A stretch of DNA of 63,690 bases, counting the filler, from Craspedostauros australis (lineage: Eukaryota), in assembly GCA_030167865.1 (NCBI GenBank). It is 24 parts of 24 records of this genome, joined end to end, with 100 filler letters (N's around TTAATTAATTAA, not from the genome) between each part and the next. Parts side by side here need not be neighbours in the genome. Positions count along the whole stretch, not along the records: positions 36,231 to 37,603 come from JALAGF010002981.1; positions 37,704 to 39,387 come from JALAGF010002982.1; positions 39,488 to 41,349 come from JALAGF010002983.1; positions 41,450 to 45,343 come from JALAGF010002985.1; positions 45,444 to 46,821 come from JALAGF010002986.1; positions 46,922 to 48,832 come from JALAGF010002987.1; positions 48,933 to 51,003 come from JALAGF010002988.1; 17 more parts are not named here. One strand, written 5' to 3'. Shown here one piece after another: positions 37,301 to 49,101 of the stretch. Both the position numbers and the translations under genes were made by a program. Positions within the stretch are counted from its first letter, which is position 1. Every line of letters starts with the position of its first letter. The notes under the pieces are model-generated. The model was not told where the DNA came from, made no database searches, and saw nothing but the letters and a program-made list of their open reading frames with translations.

Positions 37301-37703
37301 GCCAAGACATCAACCATGCACCCTTTTGTGCAGTCTGTACAAAACTGGAGAGAGTTGCTGGCTATTGTGNNATTGGTGTCAACAGAAGACAGGTTCCAGC
37401 AAGAACTGTGTGCCTTTGTTGGTACAAATCCTGATATCTTTGGCTGCACCAGGATCCTTAATTACATCAGGATCAGCAGTACCAATTCGATCCGCAACAG
37501 AGGGCGTGCCAACTCCAGCAGCAGCGGAACGGGAACAAGAAGAGGAGGCAGGAGGCATTGTGCAAGGTTCCTTGCAGCCACACCTCCTCATCCTGCCACC
37601 ATTNNNNNNNNNNNNNNNNNNNNNNNNNNNNNNNNNNNNNNNNNNNNTTAATTAATTAANNNNNNNNNNNNNNNNNNNNNNNNNNNNNNNNNNNNNNNNN
37701 NNN

Positions 37704-37989
37704 AGATTTCGCGCCAAAACAGGAATTTCTCCCATCGGGTTGATACCGTGTTCGGTACTAGTCTGTCCCTCATTGAATCTCAACTAGGTGCATGATGCAT
37801 GACATGATGAAGCAGGAGACAGCACTACATGAGCAAGGACAAGACTGTGTGCTACTGTGGATTATGTATGCTATGGCAAATGGAATTGAAAGAGATGGAG
37901 ATGTTGTACTCACAGTTCCAACAATGCAACAACAGGAATAGGTAATCAGATACTACTACTAGAGACTGGGTTACCCCGGATTTCCAACA
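37704..37989 (+). mobile_element. Module with an inverted arm E piece joined to arm B
   Basis: 37704-37785 is the near-perfect reverse complement of 38719-38800; ends ACCCCGGATTTCCAACA. Confidence 0.75.
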
Positions 37990-38141
37990 TGCTTCAAGCA
38001 AGGACACATCTACTCTTACTGTGTCGATTGCCCAGCCCAGCCACTCCTCATCGATCTACCAGATGGTGTGGACGTGGCAAAGCCGACGACTCACGAAGAG
38101 CGAGATCGCCGCCGCGCGATGCTTGCCAAGGAGGAGTCACT

Positions 38142-38938
38142 TGTTGGCAAGTTCCGCTCACAGTAACCTACGATCGTGGAAGATGGTGTTGGTTGATAGT
38201 CGTTCATTTGCTATTTCATTACTTGGCTACTCCGATCCTCTCGGTGTACGCCGTTCTCTTGCCCGATGCTCTCGGCGCTTCAATCTGTTTCGTAGATTCG
38301 GTCTCCGACTATGAGTCGGTACGCGAGATGCTCTCTCGCTCCTCTCTTTATTCTCTCTCTCTCTCAACATCGTGTGTTCGTGCTACACGATACTCCGTGT
38401 TCGATGCGTACTCCGCATTCGACACTCCGTTCGTTCAGTACTGGCTCCTACTCCATGAGTACTTACCATTTGAAGTTCATCTTCAGTATCCATGATGCTG
38501 ATCGTCTTTGGTCATCAGATCTTCGCCTCCTGCTCTGACTTGGAGACAGATGTCGACGTGGTGACATGATGACATCCTGTCGACGTCAGTAGGCGTCCTT
38601 CTGCTCTCCAGATGTCANNNNNNATTGGTGATGCAGCAGCCTGTCAGATGATATCGTCATCTGAGGTTTAGTTGGGAAGTACCTCGAGATTCTCTTGGTA
38701 CCATTGATGGATGGACGGAGTTGAGATTCAATGAGGGACAGACTATTACCGAACACGGTATCAACCCGATGGGAGAAATTCTTGTTTTGGCGTGAAATCT
38801 TCCGACTTGATTGACCACCAAATCTTTTCTCCTCCTTTCTCTCCTCCATTCACGAATCCGTCATGACTCAAACCTGACCGACCTGACTCACACCCCACCT
38901 GGGAACTATATGCTCTTCAGATCCTCCTTACTACAACA
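38142..38938 (+). mobile_element. Module arm C to arm E (right end CTACAACA tentative)
   Basis: 38142-38719 aligns with 18239-18830, then diverges after GATGGACGGA. Confidence 0.7.
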
Positions 38939-39539
38939 CACCTCAATTCCTTCATACTGATGACCACCACACTACCACCGTGGTCTCAACATGCGTATCC
39001 AACTTGCTTCAACTCAAGCAATGGAATCCGAGTGTCAGCTTCAGCCACAGCCACTGCTTCATGACCGTCACCACTGATTGTCATGACCTACACTGCAGTG
39101 TAACTACATGTGCGGAGAGCAANNNNNNNNNNNNNNNNNNNNNNNNNNNTGCACTGAATCAAGTGCATCAGTGCAGGGTCTCGCCAAGTTGTGTGGCATC
39201 GTTTCTTCACCCTACTAACACCAATAAGCTAACTCATAAAAACAGACAAGGATTAGCTACAAAGCACTCTACTTCTCATCGTTATACGTTATAACTATTC
39301 AAACAGTACACCTCTCTTGAACTGCATCACACGGCTATCCCGAAGCCGGCAGATTCACGAGGCATTCTCCACCGATTCGCGACGCCTNNNNNNNNNNNNN
39401 NNNNNNNNNNNNNNNNNNNNNNNNNNNNNNNTTAATTAATTAANNNNNNNNNNNNNNNNNNNNNNNNNNNNNNNNNNNNNNNNNNNNCAAACCTTCATTG
39501 GAAAGGATAAACATACTACATTATAACAAGATCAGCGCA

Positions 39540-40435
39540 TCGAGGGCATTCCAATGGGTATAATACCAGCTTGAAAACATCTAGATCCGTCTGGAAGAGA
39601 CACTGGTATCCAAATCTGTGAATCGTGTGATACTGCACGGCATGCAACACAATGTACATTCTTCTTCATATCTATGCATTCCACAGACCGTTTGGAGCAA
39701 TCCAACCAGCCATATCACTCCAATCACACTCCAAAGAGTACATACATAGAGTGTGGAGTCCTAGATCCGTCAAGGAGGGATCCAATTCTATGGATGCTAA
39801 TATCACCCAATACTGCACAATACGCATCATGGTAGACAACGTTCTAAGCATATGCAAACATACATTGTCGGTATTATTGCATTCGAAGAAGCGTTTCGCT
39901 TCGGATATACTCAAATGAGTGTGGTCGTGAAGTTTGAAGTCTTAGATCTGCCATGAAGGGATTGCTGTCTACGGATGCCGGTATGTCACAATGCTGAACG
40001 GTGATCATCGTGTTGTGCAGCGTTCTGAGAATATGTGCCAATGGCATGTCGACCATATTCCAATCCAAGGCTTCGATGACTCTGAACACACTCCATAGAG
40101 TATGGATATGCAGCTTGATGCTGTGAATGCATCAGGAAGGCGTATCGAGATGCGCTCAGGTGATCCACGCGTCATGACACCGCTCAGTGCCACCTGACAT
40201 CACTATCCGTAGAATTGGATCACTTCCAAATGAATACACTATTTCAAACTTCATGGCTGTAGCTTTTGCAATCTACTTGGAGTGGTGCGGTTGATAGCAT
40301 CTCTCAAGAAGGCCGGCCAAATCCATAGATAGGCAGAAGACTGTACAGTGCCATGCCCACCGCACAGGCCCGTCCCACGCAGAAATCCATGATATCAGCA
40401 TTCATAGAATTGGATCCCTCCTTGACAGATCTAGG
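39540..40435. repeat. Degenerate ~180-bp repeats with an inverted copy
   Basis: CTAGATCCGTC-like anchors near 39580, 39761 and 39941; 40391-40433 is an inverted match to 39761-39805. Confidence 0.6.
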
Positions 40436-40439
40436 GCGG

Positions 40440-41349
40440 AAGCTCTATGCAACGGCTGACAGAACAGTTGGACCGGGTCAGGAAGTGGTCAATGGGTATG
40501 AATACAGAGGGCGTATCATCGTCCCGAGCTTGGGACCGGGACAGGCACAATCTGAGGTGCCAAGCTTGGCGTTTCCCGATCTGATCGGCCAGGTGTCGCA
40601 GACCAAATCTTGGGCGATCCAGGTTCATGATATCATGGGAGACGTACTCACATTCACAGAAGCAATGCGAGCTGGATTGCTCATGGAGTGCAGTGGCGGA
40701 TCGGTCACAACCTGTAGAGGCGCAGCTGGCGCGGGCATACACGCCAAGCATGGTGACGAAGCAGCCAGGCTGTGGATAACCCACTGCACACCGGCCACCA
40801 ACAAAGTCATGCAATTGCACCAAGTGGAGCTGGCAAGCATTTACGGGTCCTTGTCATGCTAGAGGTGATATGCAAGGCATGCCAAGTCACCCAAGGCAAA
40901 GCTGTGCCAGAGTGCGATGCCGTGGGTGCTCTCAAGGATCTCGGCCGAGATTAGCATTTATCCCCAGGGTCCGCAGATGCAGACCTGCAGAGAGCAGTCC
41001 ATAATCAAAGTCATGAGCTCCCGATCGAGGTGCAAGGGCGGCACATATAAGGGCACCAAGACAGCGGCAGGGCGTGGGCAGAGCTAGACGACTGGGCCCA
41101 CCTCAACGTGGAAGCAGATCGACTCGCAGGGGCGGTGCGCGCTTCCCTGTCAGAGGAGTGCATTTACAGCTGCCATATCTGAGGGGAGCGAGCGTCATTC
41201 CACCGCCAATCCAAGCTGACGTCCATAGGATAGGACAACGTATCGGGGAGCAAGCCACTCGATAGGCGATTGGTATTCTTCAGGCGCGAAAGGTGTTCAG
41301 CAGCAGCGACCAGATACAGTGGGAAGCCATTGCAGGGGAGTTACAAGGC
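40440..41349 (+). pseudogene. Non-LTR retrotransposon (LINE, Ambal-like) RNase H region, decayed
   Basis: 'CSGGS' (for SDGS), 'ELASIYG', 'CDAVGAL', 'HIKGHQD...LNVEADRLA'; stops and frameshift. Confidence 0.75.
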
Positions 41350-41449
41350 NNNNNNNNNNNNNNNNNNNNNNNNNNNNNNNNNNNNNNNNNNNNTTAATTA
41401 ATTAANNNNNNNNNNNNNNNNNNNNNNNNNNNNNNNNNNNNNNNNNNNN

Positions 41450-41681
41450 AGTAGGCCACTGGATGAGGGTGCTTGGATGTCGCATAAGACAGGTAAGGCC
41501 ATTGGGCTGTCCGAGTGCAACTGGTCGATTGCTGGGTTGCGGTTTGTCTGGGAGATGCTATTGGGGGTTGCGGCAATCATGGGTATCTTTGCACTTAATA
41601 CCATTCCTGTTCCAGTCAGTCCTCATGGGAGCTGCGGTAGAATAGGGTATCTTTGCAAAGTCGTACCCCCGATTCCTGACA
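41450..41681 (-). mobile_element. Arm A terminus (variant with duplicated subterminal motif)
   Basis: Near-identical 232 bp opens three contigs (41450, 45444, 46922), each with a different flank. Confidence 0.9.
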
Positions 41682-42228
41682 GCTGGGCTGGATCCCAATA
41701 CTGATCGGATGTCATGTAGACGTGTACGCGATCATGGTCGGATCTGATCTCGTCCTTTGTAGGTTTGCGTATATGAAAGTATGAAACTGTACCATGTAGC
41801 TGAAGAGGAATATGCAGATCGTAATGTGAATGAAGAATAGAATGTGAGTGTGCATGGCGCTCATCCTCCGGTAACATCGTGAGAGGTGTTTCATTGATTG
41901 TAATGCCAGCCATGCGCATTTGATGTGGACACAACAGCGGATGTTGTAAATTGTCGAAGTATAACGATTGAGGAAAGAAGAGAATGTAAGTCGTGTACGA
42001 GATCGGATCATCATATGCAATTGCCGCTGTTACAATGGGCACGTTCTCAACGTCTCCCAATGTGTCCAAAAATGGTGATGTTGTGACAGTTTGTGAGGTA
42101 CGATGCACAATGTAAGCAGATGGTCCGAAAGCGCAAGTTTCAGCGTGTGAGTCCAGCTCAGCCCTGGATGTGTCTGGTGGGAGGGATTGGCTCGTCGCAG
42201 CTGTCTGGCGGCGCCCTCCCGCCTCATG
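41682..42228 (-). mobile_element. pol: Copia protease region, truncated by arm A
   Basis: 'AELDSHAETCAFG...AAIAYDDP...LLCPHQMR', in frame with the upstream gag. Confidence 0.85.
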
Positions 42229-43722
42229 TCAGGACTGGCCTTGTTGGTTTCGGTGCGTCACGAAAGCACCGATGCCGCTCCTTTGCTGCTGGTTGGTGGA
42301 GGCACCTCCCGAGGCAGCAGAAGTCAATTGTGATACCTCCTCGTTTCGCTGATTTGTGCTTTGACCCTGCGTGCTGACCACTGCGACTCCACGTCTCGCG
42401 TCACGTTCCTGTCTTAATGCAATAGCACGAGCCCTTTGCGATGCTGACATTGCCGCCCACTCATCTCGATCGTAATATCTGTCTGTGACTTTCATATTTG
42501 CATCATACTGTGGCTTGTTCTTGTCACCACCTCTTCCTCGACCACCTCTACCACCCCGGCCTCTACCTCCACCTGAGCGACGCCGGTACTTTGGATTATT
42601 GCCTTGTAGTCCTGCGATACGTCTGTTGACTGCAGTATCAGTGTGTTGGTCCAAGGATTCCGACAAATAGTTGACTGTATTGTGGAAGCTGGATCTGATT
42701 GATGGTGTTGCACGTACGACTTCGCATGCTGCTTTGAGTCGGCCGTCTTTGATACCACGTGTGAGACGTCGCACTTTTGCTTCTTCGACTTGTGGTTCAC
42801 CACCTTGTGCGAGGTCCTCAAAAGCTGCGTTTAGTCGTTGCGCGTAAGTCTCGAATGTGAAGTTTTGTGCTTTTCCATCAAAGTAAGACTCTGCGATAAT
42901 CTTGTTGGCTGACGCTTTCGTTCGTGCCCGAAAAGAGTTTCCACGATAGTGCTGTTCCAACGCCTGATGTGCTGCGCGTCCATTTTTGGATCGTTCAAAT
43001 CCTTGCACCCAATTCCACGCTGGACCTCCATGTGTCACAGCTCGGATCACTTGCAAAACTGTCGCATTGTCTGTTCTGTAGGTCAACTCCACGTGTGGTG
43101 CTCTATCGATGAGTTTGTCCAATATTGTCGGCTCTCCGAATCCTTTCATTTCAGGAGGAGATCTGTCTTCTGGTTCTGCTGAGTCTGGACGAACGACGTA
43201 CGCCAAAGGCACATCCTTGCTTCCAAGCATGTTCTCCAAGTGACTCCAAATATCCTCCAATGTTTCCCTTGCGTTCTCAATCTTGGTAAGCAATTCTGGT
43301 ACTGGCAAAGGGTCTGCTTTCTTGATGCGTTCTTCCTCCTTGAACAAGCTCCACACGCTTCTCAATCTTGATAGTGTGGCGTTCGAAGATGTGAAAGTCC
43401 TTTGAATGCGGCTGTAGTGAAATCGTAAATATCGAAGTTGTCGCAATCGCTGTTCGTAGACCCATCCAAAAGGCACTCCTGGATTCTTAACCATCGTCGG
43501 TATTCCAGTATCTGGCTTTGAGGGTACAAATGACGGGTTCTGAATGTAGCCACTGCCTTGCCGAATCGTCTTGCACAAGCCTTGGATCTCTTCATCATCA
43601 AAGGCGAGCAGGTCGTTGAATGACGCAATCCCTTGCTCCTTCAACGCTTGACCCATTGCATCTTCTGGAAACAGTAGCACATTTCGAAGGTAGTTCTGTA
43701 TTTCAGCTGCTGCTCCTGCCAT
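42229..43722 (-). CDS. gag: Ty1/copia (CoDi-like) Gag
   Basis: Intact 497-aa ORF with 'VPLAYVVR', 'FDGKAQNFTFETY', an RGG tract and 'TDRYYDRDEWAAMS'; followed by protease. Confidence 0.9.
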   Translation of the reverse strand: MAGAAAEIQNYLRNVLLFPEDAMGQALKEQGIASFNDLLAFDDEEIQGLCKTIRQGSGYIQNPSFVPSKPDTGIPTMVKNPGVPFGWVYEQRLRQLRYLRFHYSRIQRTFTSSNATLSRLRSVWSLFKEEERIKKADPLPVPELLTKIENARETLEDIWSHLENMLGSKDVPLAYVVRPDSAEPEDRSPPEMKGFGEPTILDKLIDRAPHVELTYRTDNATVLQVIRAVTHGGPAWNWVQGFERSKNGRAAHQALEQHYRGNSFRARTKASANKIIAESYFDGKAQNFTFETYAQRLNAAFEDLAQGGEPQVEEAKVRRLTRGIKDGRLKAACEVVRATPSIRSSFHNTVNYLSESLDQHTDTAVNRRIAGLQGNNPKYRRRSGGGRGRGGRGGRGRGGDKNKPQYDANMKVTDRYYDRDEWAAMSASQRARAIALRQERDARRGVAVVSTQGQSTNQRNEEVSQLTSAASGGASTNQQQRSGIGAFVTHRNQQGQS

Positions 43723-44564
43723 GGTGGTTGTCTTTCATGCGTTGGAATCTCGTCTTAGTTGCTGTTGTTGTCTGTGTTGTAATCGTGTGTTAATCGTGCG
43801 AATTGTGGTTTTTGTGAGAAAAAGCGAATGCGTTCCGTGACGCTCAAAACAACAGATCAACAAACAAAGCGAAGGCAGATTCACCCGCTGGAACACGGCG
43901 TGTCTGCAGTTAGTCTTGTTACATCATGTCCATTTCCCCCAGCAGTTGTGCTACTGCGTGCCTGTTCCGTATATCGTGAAGTCGCGAAGCAGGAATTTTC
44001 ACCCAGGATCTGTACTACCACCATGGAAGTTCAGCTGTGGAATGGTTCTCTGGTTGCTGTCATCACCAGTGAAGAATGCACAACCATGGCAACTACCTTG
44101 TGTGGTGGTGGTGTCCCTGGAGAACTCTTGTGTGCTGCTGCTGTCAGTGTAGGATTTGCATGTTGGTGAAGGGATGGGGCCAACAGTGCTGCCATTTGTG
44201 GCATTCTCCTGACCGGACTGATGATTTTGTGTCATTGTCCAATGAGGAGGCAGTGGTACCTGATGCAGACAGATTCGAATTGCCCCAAACATTGCTGCTG
44301 TTGCAGGATTTGTCGTTTCCAAGGAAGTCTCTGTAGGTTGGACTTTGCTCAGAATTGGATGTTTTGTTGTTATCTGCAAAGAAGATGGCGGAGGAAGGCA
44401 TTCCATTGAGGAATATGATGTGTGGCCATGAGCTGCTGTAGGGTGATCCGTCGTATGCATGGTGCATGTGTGAGGGTGAGGTGGGCAATGGGCCTGTGGG
44501 CGGGGTGCAGGCTTTCATGAAGGCTTCTTTTTGGGATCAACCATGATGCAGCTTTTGAATTGGG

Positions 44565-44835
44565 TGATGCTGTGATGCTGTGATGTTGCGATGATGTGAT
44601 GCTGCGATGCTGTGATGCTGTGATGCTGCGATGCTGTGATGCTGCGATGTTGCAATGATGTGGTGCTGCGATGTTGGGATGCTGCGATGTTGTGATGCTG
44701 CAATGCCACGATGTTGTGAACCTGCGATGCTACAATATTGTGATGTTATGATGTTGCAATGTTGTGATGCAGCCATCCTGTGATGTTGTGATGCTGTGGT
44801 GCTCACATGATGCGATGCTCACATGCTGTGATGCT
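44565..44835 (+). repeat. Degenerate 8-bp tandem repeat (GATGYTGY)n
   Basis: Directly visible. Confidence 0.9.
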
Positions 44836-45108
44836 CGTTGCACGGTAAGAGAAGCAGGAACCACAACCCGCAAGCAGCACATTGGTATCATGAGACATGC
44901 TGATACGTAACATCAAAGGCATGACGTGTGGGTGTTGGCAAGGAAGCGAATTCGAAAAACGAAAATGCGACCTCGCCAATTTGGCGATTCGCGTCTCGCC
45001 AATGGAATGAGCGACAGTCCCGCAGCTCAAAATCGATTCACGAGTGCTTTAGGCGACTATATCAACCTAAAGACAGTAACAGACATGTAAATGTGATAGC
45101 ATGGTTGG

Positions 45109-45343
45109 TGTTAGAACGAAATCGTAGATGGGTTTGAAGATACCGCACCGAGAACGTAGAGTGATCAAGTCGTTGTTGTTGGTGAGGAGAGTGTTGGTTT
45201 ACTGTGTTATTCGTATGGTAGTTGGAATGCTGTCGAGCTCACAAGATTGTCTTCTTGAAAACTGTGAGCATGAGAGAGACATGACAGGTCTCATGCAAAT
45301 TGCAAGTGAAATTAACACGGAGACAACACGGCAAATGTGCGTG
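45109..45343 (+). mobile_element. LTR-like repeat starting TGTTAGAACGAAATC (paralog 46556-46821)
   Basis: About 230 bp of similarity starting at TGT in both copies, with unrelated left flanks. Confidence 0.75.
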
Positions 45344-45443
45344 NNNNNNNNNNNNNNNNNNNNNNNNNNNNNNNNNNNNNNNNNNNNTTAATTAATTAAN
45401 NNNNNNNNNNNNNNNNNNNNNNNNNNNNNNNNNNNNNNNNNNN

Positions 45444-45675
45444 AGTAGGCCACTGGATGAGGGTGCTTGGATGTCGCATAAGACAGGTAAGGCCATTGGG
45501 CTGTCCGAGTGCAACTGGTCGATTGCTGGGTTGCGGTTTGTCTGGGAGATGCTATTGGGGGTTGCGGCAATCATGGGTATCTTTGCACTTAATACCATTC
45601 CTGTTCCAGTCAGTCCTCATGGGAGCTGCGGTAGAATAGGGTATCTTTGCAAAGTCGTACCCCCGATTCCTGACA
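45444..45675 (-). mobile_element. Arm A terminus
   Basis: Same as 41450-41681. Confidence 0.9.
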
Positions 45676-46555
45676 CATATGCACCGCACCTCGCCACTGC
45701 AGGGGATCGATTGGTCACATGCTTGGGGGCTGACACTGATGCTGAGCGCTATTGCGTGCTTGGTGGCAGCTAACGCAGGTATAGTATAATACGTATCGCT
45801 TGGTAACATACGTCCTGCACATCGCAGAAAATGCCTAACGGTAACAATAGTTGTGTCTTCTCCCCAACGAGCAACAGTTCGTATTCGTATCTCTTGGCTC
45901 GATCACTGCGACCACGCTGTGCGAATGCTATGGAAGAACGAACACCCCTCCATGGGCGCATGGCGCAACGCCTCCTCAAAGAGGAGGCGTACTGTCATTC
46001 ATGCGAACAGCAGCACTGCTCTTGCTCGCGCCATTCATGCCATACCTACCCACGTCCACACCAATCCCCATACTCTCTGCGTTCATCTCTGCCATACTCA
46101 ACTGATGCTCCACTGGAGTATGTACAGAACGTGCCAACCATCACTCACAAGCGACGTTCAAAGCCATCACTCAAAGATCATTCGCTGTCTTTCGCGCCCA
46201 CCACTCCAAAGAACACCGCCAGCACCATGGCATTGTCGCAACCATCGTCCCTGGTAACGCCATCCTTGCCATCACTGCCGTCGCAACCATCATGATCATT
46301 GCCACAAGCATCATCACTTGCAGGAACCAACACCGTGACGACGAGGGGCAAGGCCAGCGACAAGAACAGTGGAACAAGCAGTGGCAACAACCGGAACCGC
46401 ATACTGATGAAGAAGTTGACGATGGCAATGCGGAGATTTGCCTGTACAATCGCCATGGTTGTGGTGATGTTGCTCACGGATGAGAAGCCACGTGCTCTGC
46501 ATCGATACGGTTCGTGGCCATTTGCGCAAGCACTGGACATTGAGGCATCCACCAC

Positions 46556-46821
46556 TGTGAGAACGAAATCAGGGATGGGATTCCGCACCGAAACGTAGAG
46601 TGATCAGATCGTTGTTGGGGTGAGGATGAGTGTTGTTATTGAGTATTATTCGTATGAGTAGTAGAATGCAGGCGAGCTCACAAGATGGTTTCTTGAGAAC
46701 TGTGAGCATGAGAGAGGCATGACATGATCTCATGCAAATGCAAGTAAAATTAACACGGAGACAACACGACAAATGTGCGTGTTACTGCGTGAAGAAGATT
46801 TGCAAAAGTCAATGAACAAAA
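46556..46821 (+). mobile_element. LTR-like repeat starting TGTGAGAACGAAATC
   Basis: Paralog of 45109-45343. Confidence 0.75.
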
Positions 46822-46921
46822 NNNNNNNNNNNNNNNNNNNNNNNNNNNNNNNNNNNNNNNNNNNNTTAATTAATTAANNNNNNNNNNNNNNNNNNNNNNN
46901 NNNNNNNNNNNNNNNNNNNNN

Positions 46922-47153
46922 AGTAGGCCACTGGATGAGGGTGCTTGGATGTCGCATAAGACAGGTAAGGCCATTGGGCTGTCCGAGTGCAACTGGTCGA
47001 TTGCTGGGTTGCGGTTTGTCTGGGAGATGCTATTGGGGGTTGCGGCAATCATGGGTATCTTTGCACTTAATACCATTCCGGTTCCAGTCAGTCCTCATGG
47101 GAGCTGCGGTAGAATAGGGTATCTTTGCAAAGTCGTACCCCCGATTCCTGACA
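46922..47153 (-). mobile_element. Arm A terminus
   Basis: Same as 41450-41681 with one substitution. Confidence 0.9.
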
Positions 47154-47854
47154 TGACATCACAGGAATACCACCGCAATACCACGAGGATACCGCGATAC
47201 TACGACAGCAGGATACCGCGATACCAGCGGATACCACAGTATCCATCACACGTGACGTCACATNGAGACCTTAACTACCAGGTCTACAGGAATGAAATAT
47301 GTTGTGAATATTCCATCAGATTCGATCAATCATCAGATTCAACAAAACCTGAGAACGGAACAACGACGAGACAACGAGAGAGAAACGACAACGTTGACAA
47401 TGAAGTCAACATCAACGAGCAACATGAGAGCAATGTGCATGAAGGTGCAAGAGGATTGCACCAAGCAATGAGAGCAGGGAAGAGATGGATCAAGAGAGCA
47501 TCTTGATCATCTCATTTCCCCACGCTCGCTCACCAACAATCAATAGCAACAACAGTAACAGTAACAGAAACACTTTCGACAAAGAGTGTTGACTACTACC
47601 GATTCTCCGTGCGCGGAGCCTTCCAACACGTTTATAAACGTTAGCACCAGGGAAGCCCTGTGCAAGGAGAGATCGAAGAGCAAGAGACGCTGCATGAGTG
47701 ACGAGCGAGAGACGAGCTAGCATACCCTCTCACACCGGTGATCGAGGACGAAACGAAGAGCGCAAGGCGCTGAATGAGCAGAAGAGACTGAAGTGGCAGA
47801 ATACCCTCTCACGCGCGTGATCGAGGACGAGACGAGAAGCGAGACGAGCGCTGA

Positions 47855-48832
47855 ATGAGCGAAGAAACAGAAGAGACTGTATTCCCTCTCACACCAGTGA
47901 TCGAGGACGAGACCGAGGGAGACGAGGAAGAGACTCCGAACCTCACGCGAGAAGGAGCGGGTGCGCCCATCCAACAACCAAGCGCTCAGCAAGGAGCCAT
48001 CATCGAAACGGAAGCAGAGCAAGCTGCACGAAGAGCCGGCGGAGAGACGCGGCAGAGAGACCAGCCGAGACCGACATCGGCATCAACAGAGCCACCCATA
48101 TCGACTCCATCACAGCGAGTGTTCAAAGTGGAAGCGTACGAGACAGAAGTACAGCAGACGGAAACAGAAGGCAGGGGTAGCGCGTCAGAGAGAGACAGTG
48201 GCATCGATCCCCTCGTATCCAACGACAACGAAGAAGAAGAGAGAGAAGAGAGCCAATCGACAGGCGGCACACAAGACACGAGCAAGCAGACAACAACGAG
48301 AAAGAAGATGACGAAGGACACGTACAAGAGGCGCAAGGCCCCACTCTTCAGCGGGAAGAAGGAAGACTACAACGCGTGGGAATCGCAGGCAAAGGCTTAC
48401 GCGCGTACGCAGCGATTCAAGGCCATCATGATGGGAGAGAAGCCCATCCCAACGAAAGAAGACATCGAGAAAGAGAGTGATGAAGAGAAGAGGGAGGCCC
48501 TCGAAGAGACGCGCGAACTGGCGCTGGACTGCTTCAGNGATCTGATCCTGATGATGGATGCAGAGCAAGGCACTGGAAAGCAGGCGATCCAGCTGATCAA
48601 TCAATGCTGCGACGAGCAGAACCCCGAGGGGAACCCAGCTGCAGCATGGAAGATGCTGAAGGAGAAGTACCAGCCGACCGACGCATCCACGGTGCTGCGA
48701 CTGAAGCGCCAATTCAACACCGAGCGCATGGTGAGGGATACGGATCCTGACATCTACGTCACACGGCTTGAGCTGCTCCGCACTCGCCTCCAAGATGTGA
48801 AATACGAGATCAGCGAGAGAGAGCTGATCATG
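47855..48832 (+). mobile_element. gag: Copia Gag (UBN2-type), 3'-partial
   Basis: 'PLFSGKKEDYNAWESQAKAYA...GNPAAAWKMLKEKY...DPDIYVTRLE'. Confidence 0.85.
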
Positions 48833-49101
48833 NNNNNNNNNNNNNNNNNNNNNNNNNNNNNNNNNNNNNNNNNNNNTTAATTAATTAANNNNNNNNNNNN
48901 NNNNNNNNNNNNNNNNNNNNNNNNNNNNNNNNCACTGCTGGGAAACAACACGCTTCCTCTGCGCAACATGGCGCAGGAGCTCGACAAACCAAACGAGCAC
49001 CCCACACATCAGAAAAACACAATCAACACAAGACAATCGACAACCCAACGAACAACAACAGCAACAGTGTGACAAACCATCACACCAAACCAACCATCAA
49101 C

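Noticed and set aside
36231..37603. Possible decayed TE coding region
   Set aside because: Many Ns and stops; no motif I can support
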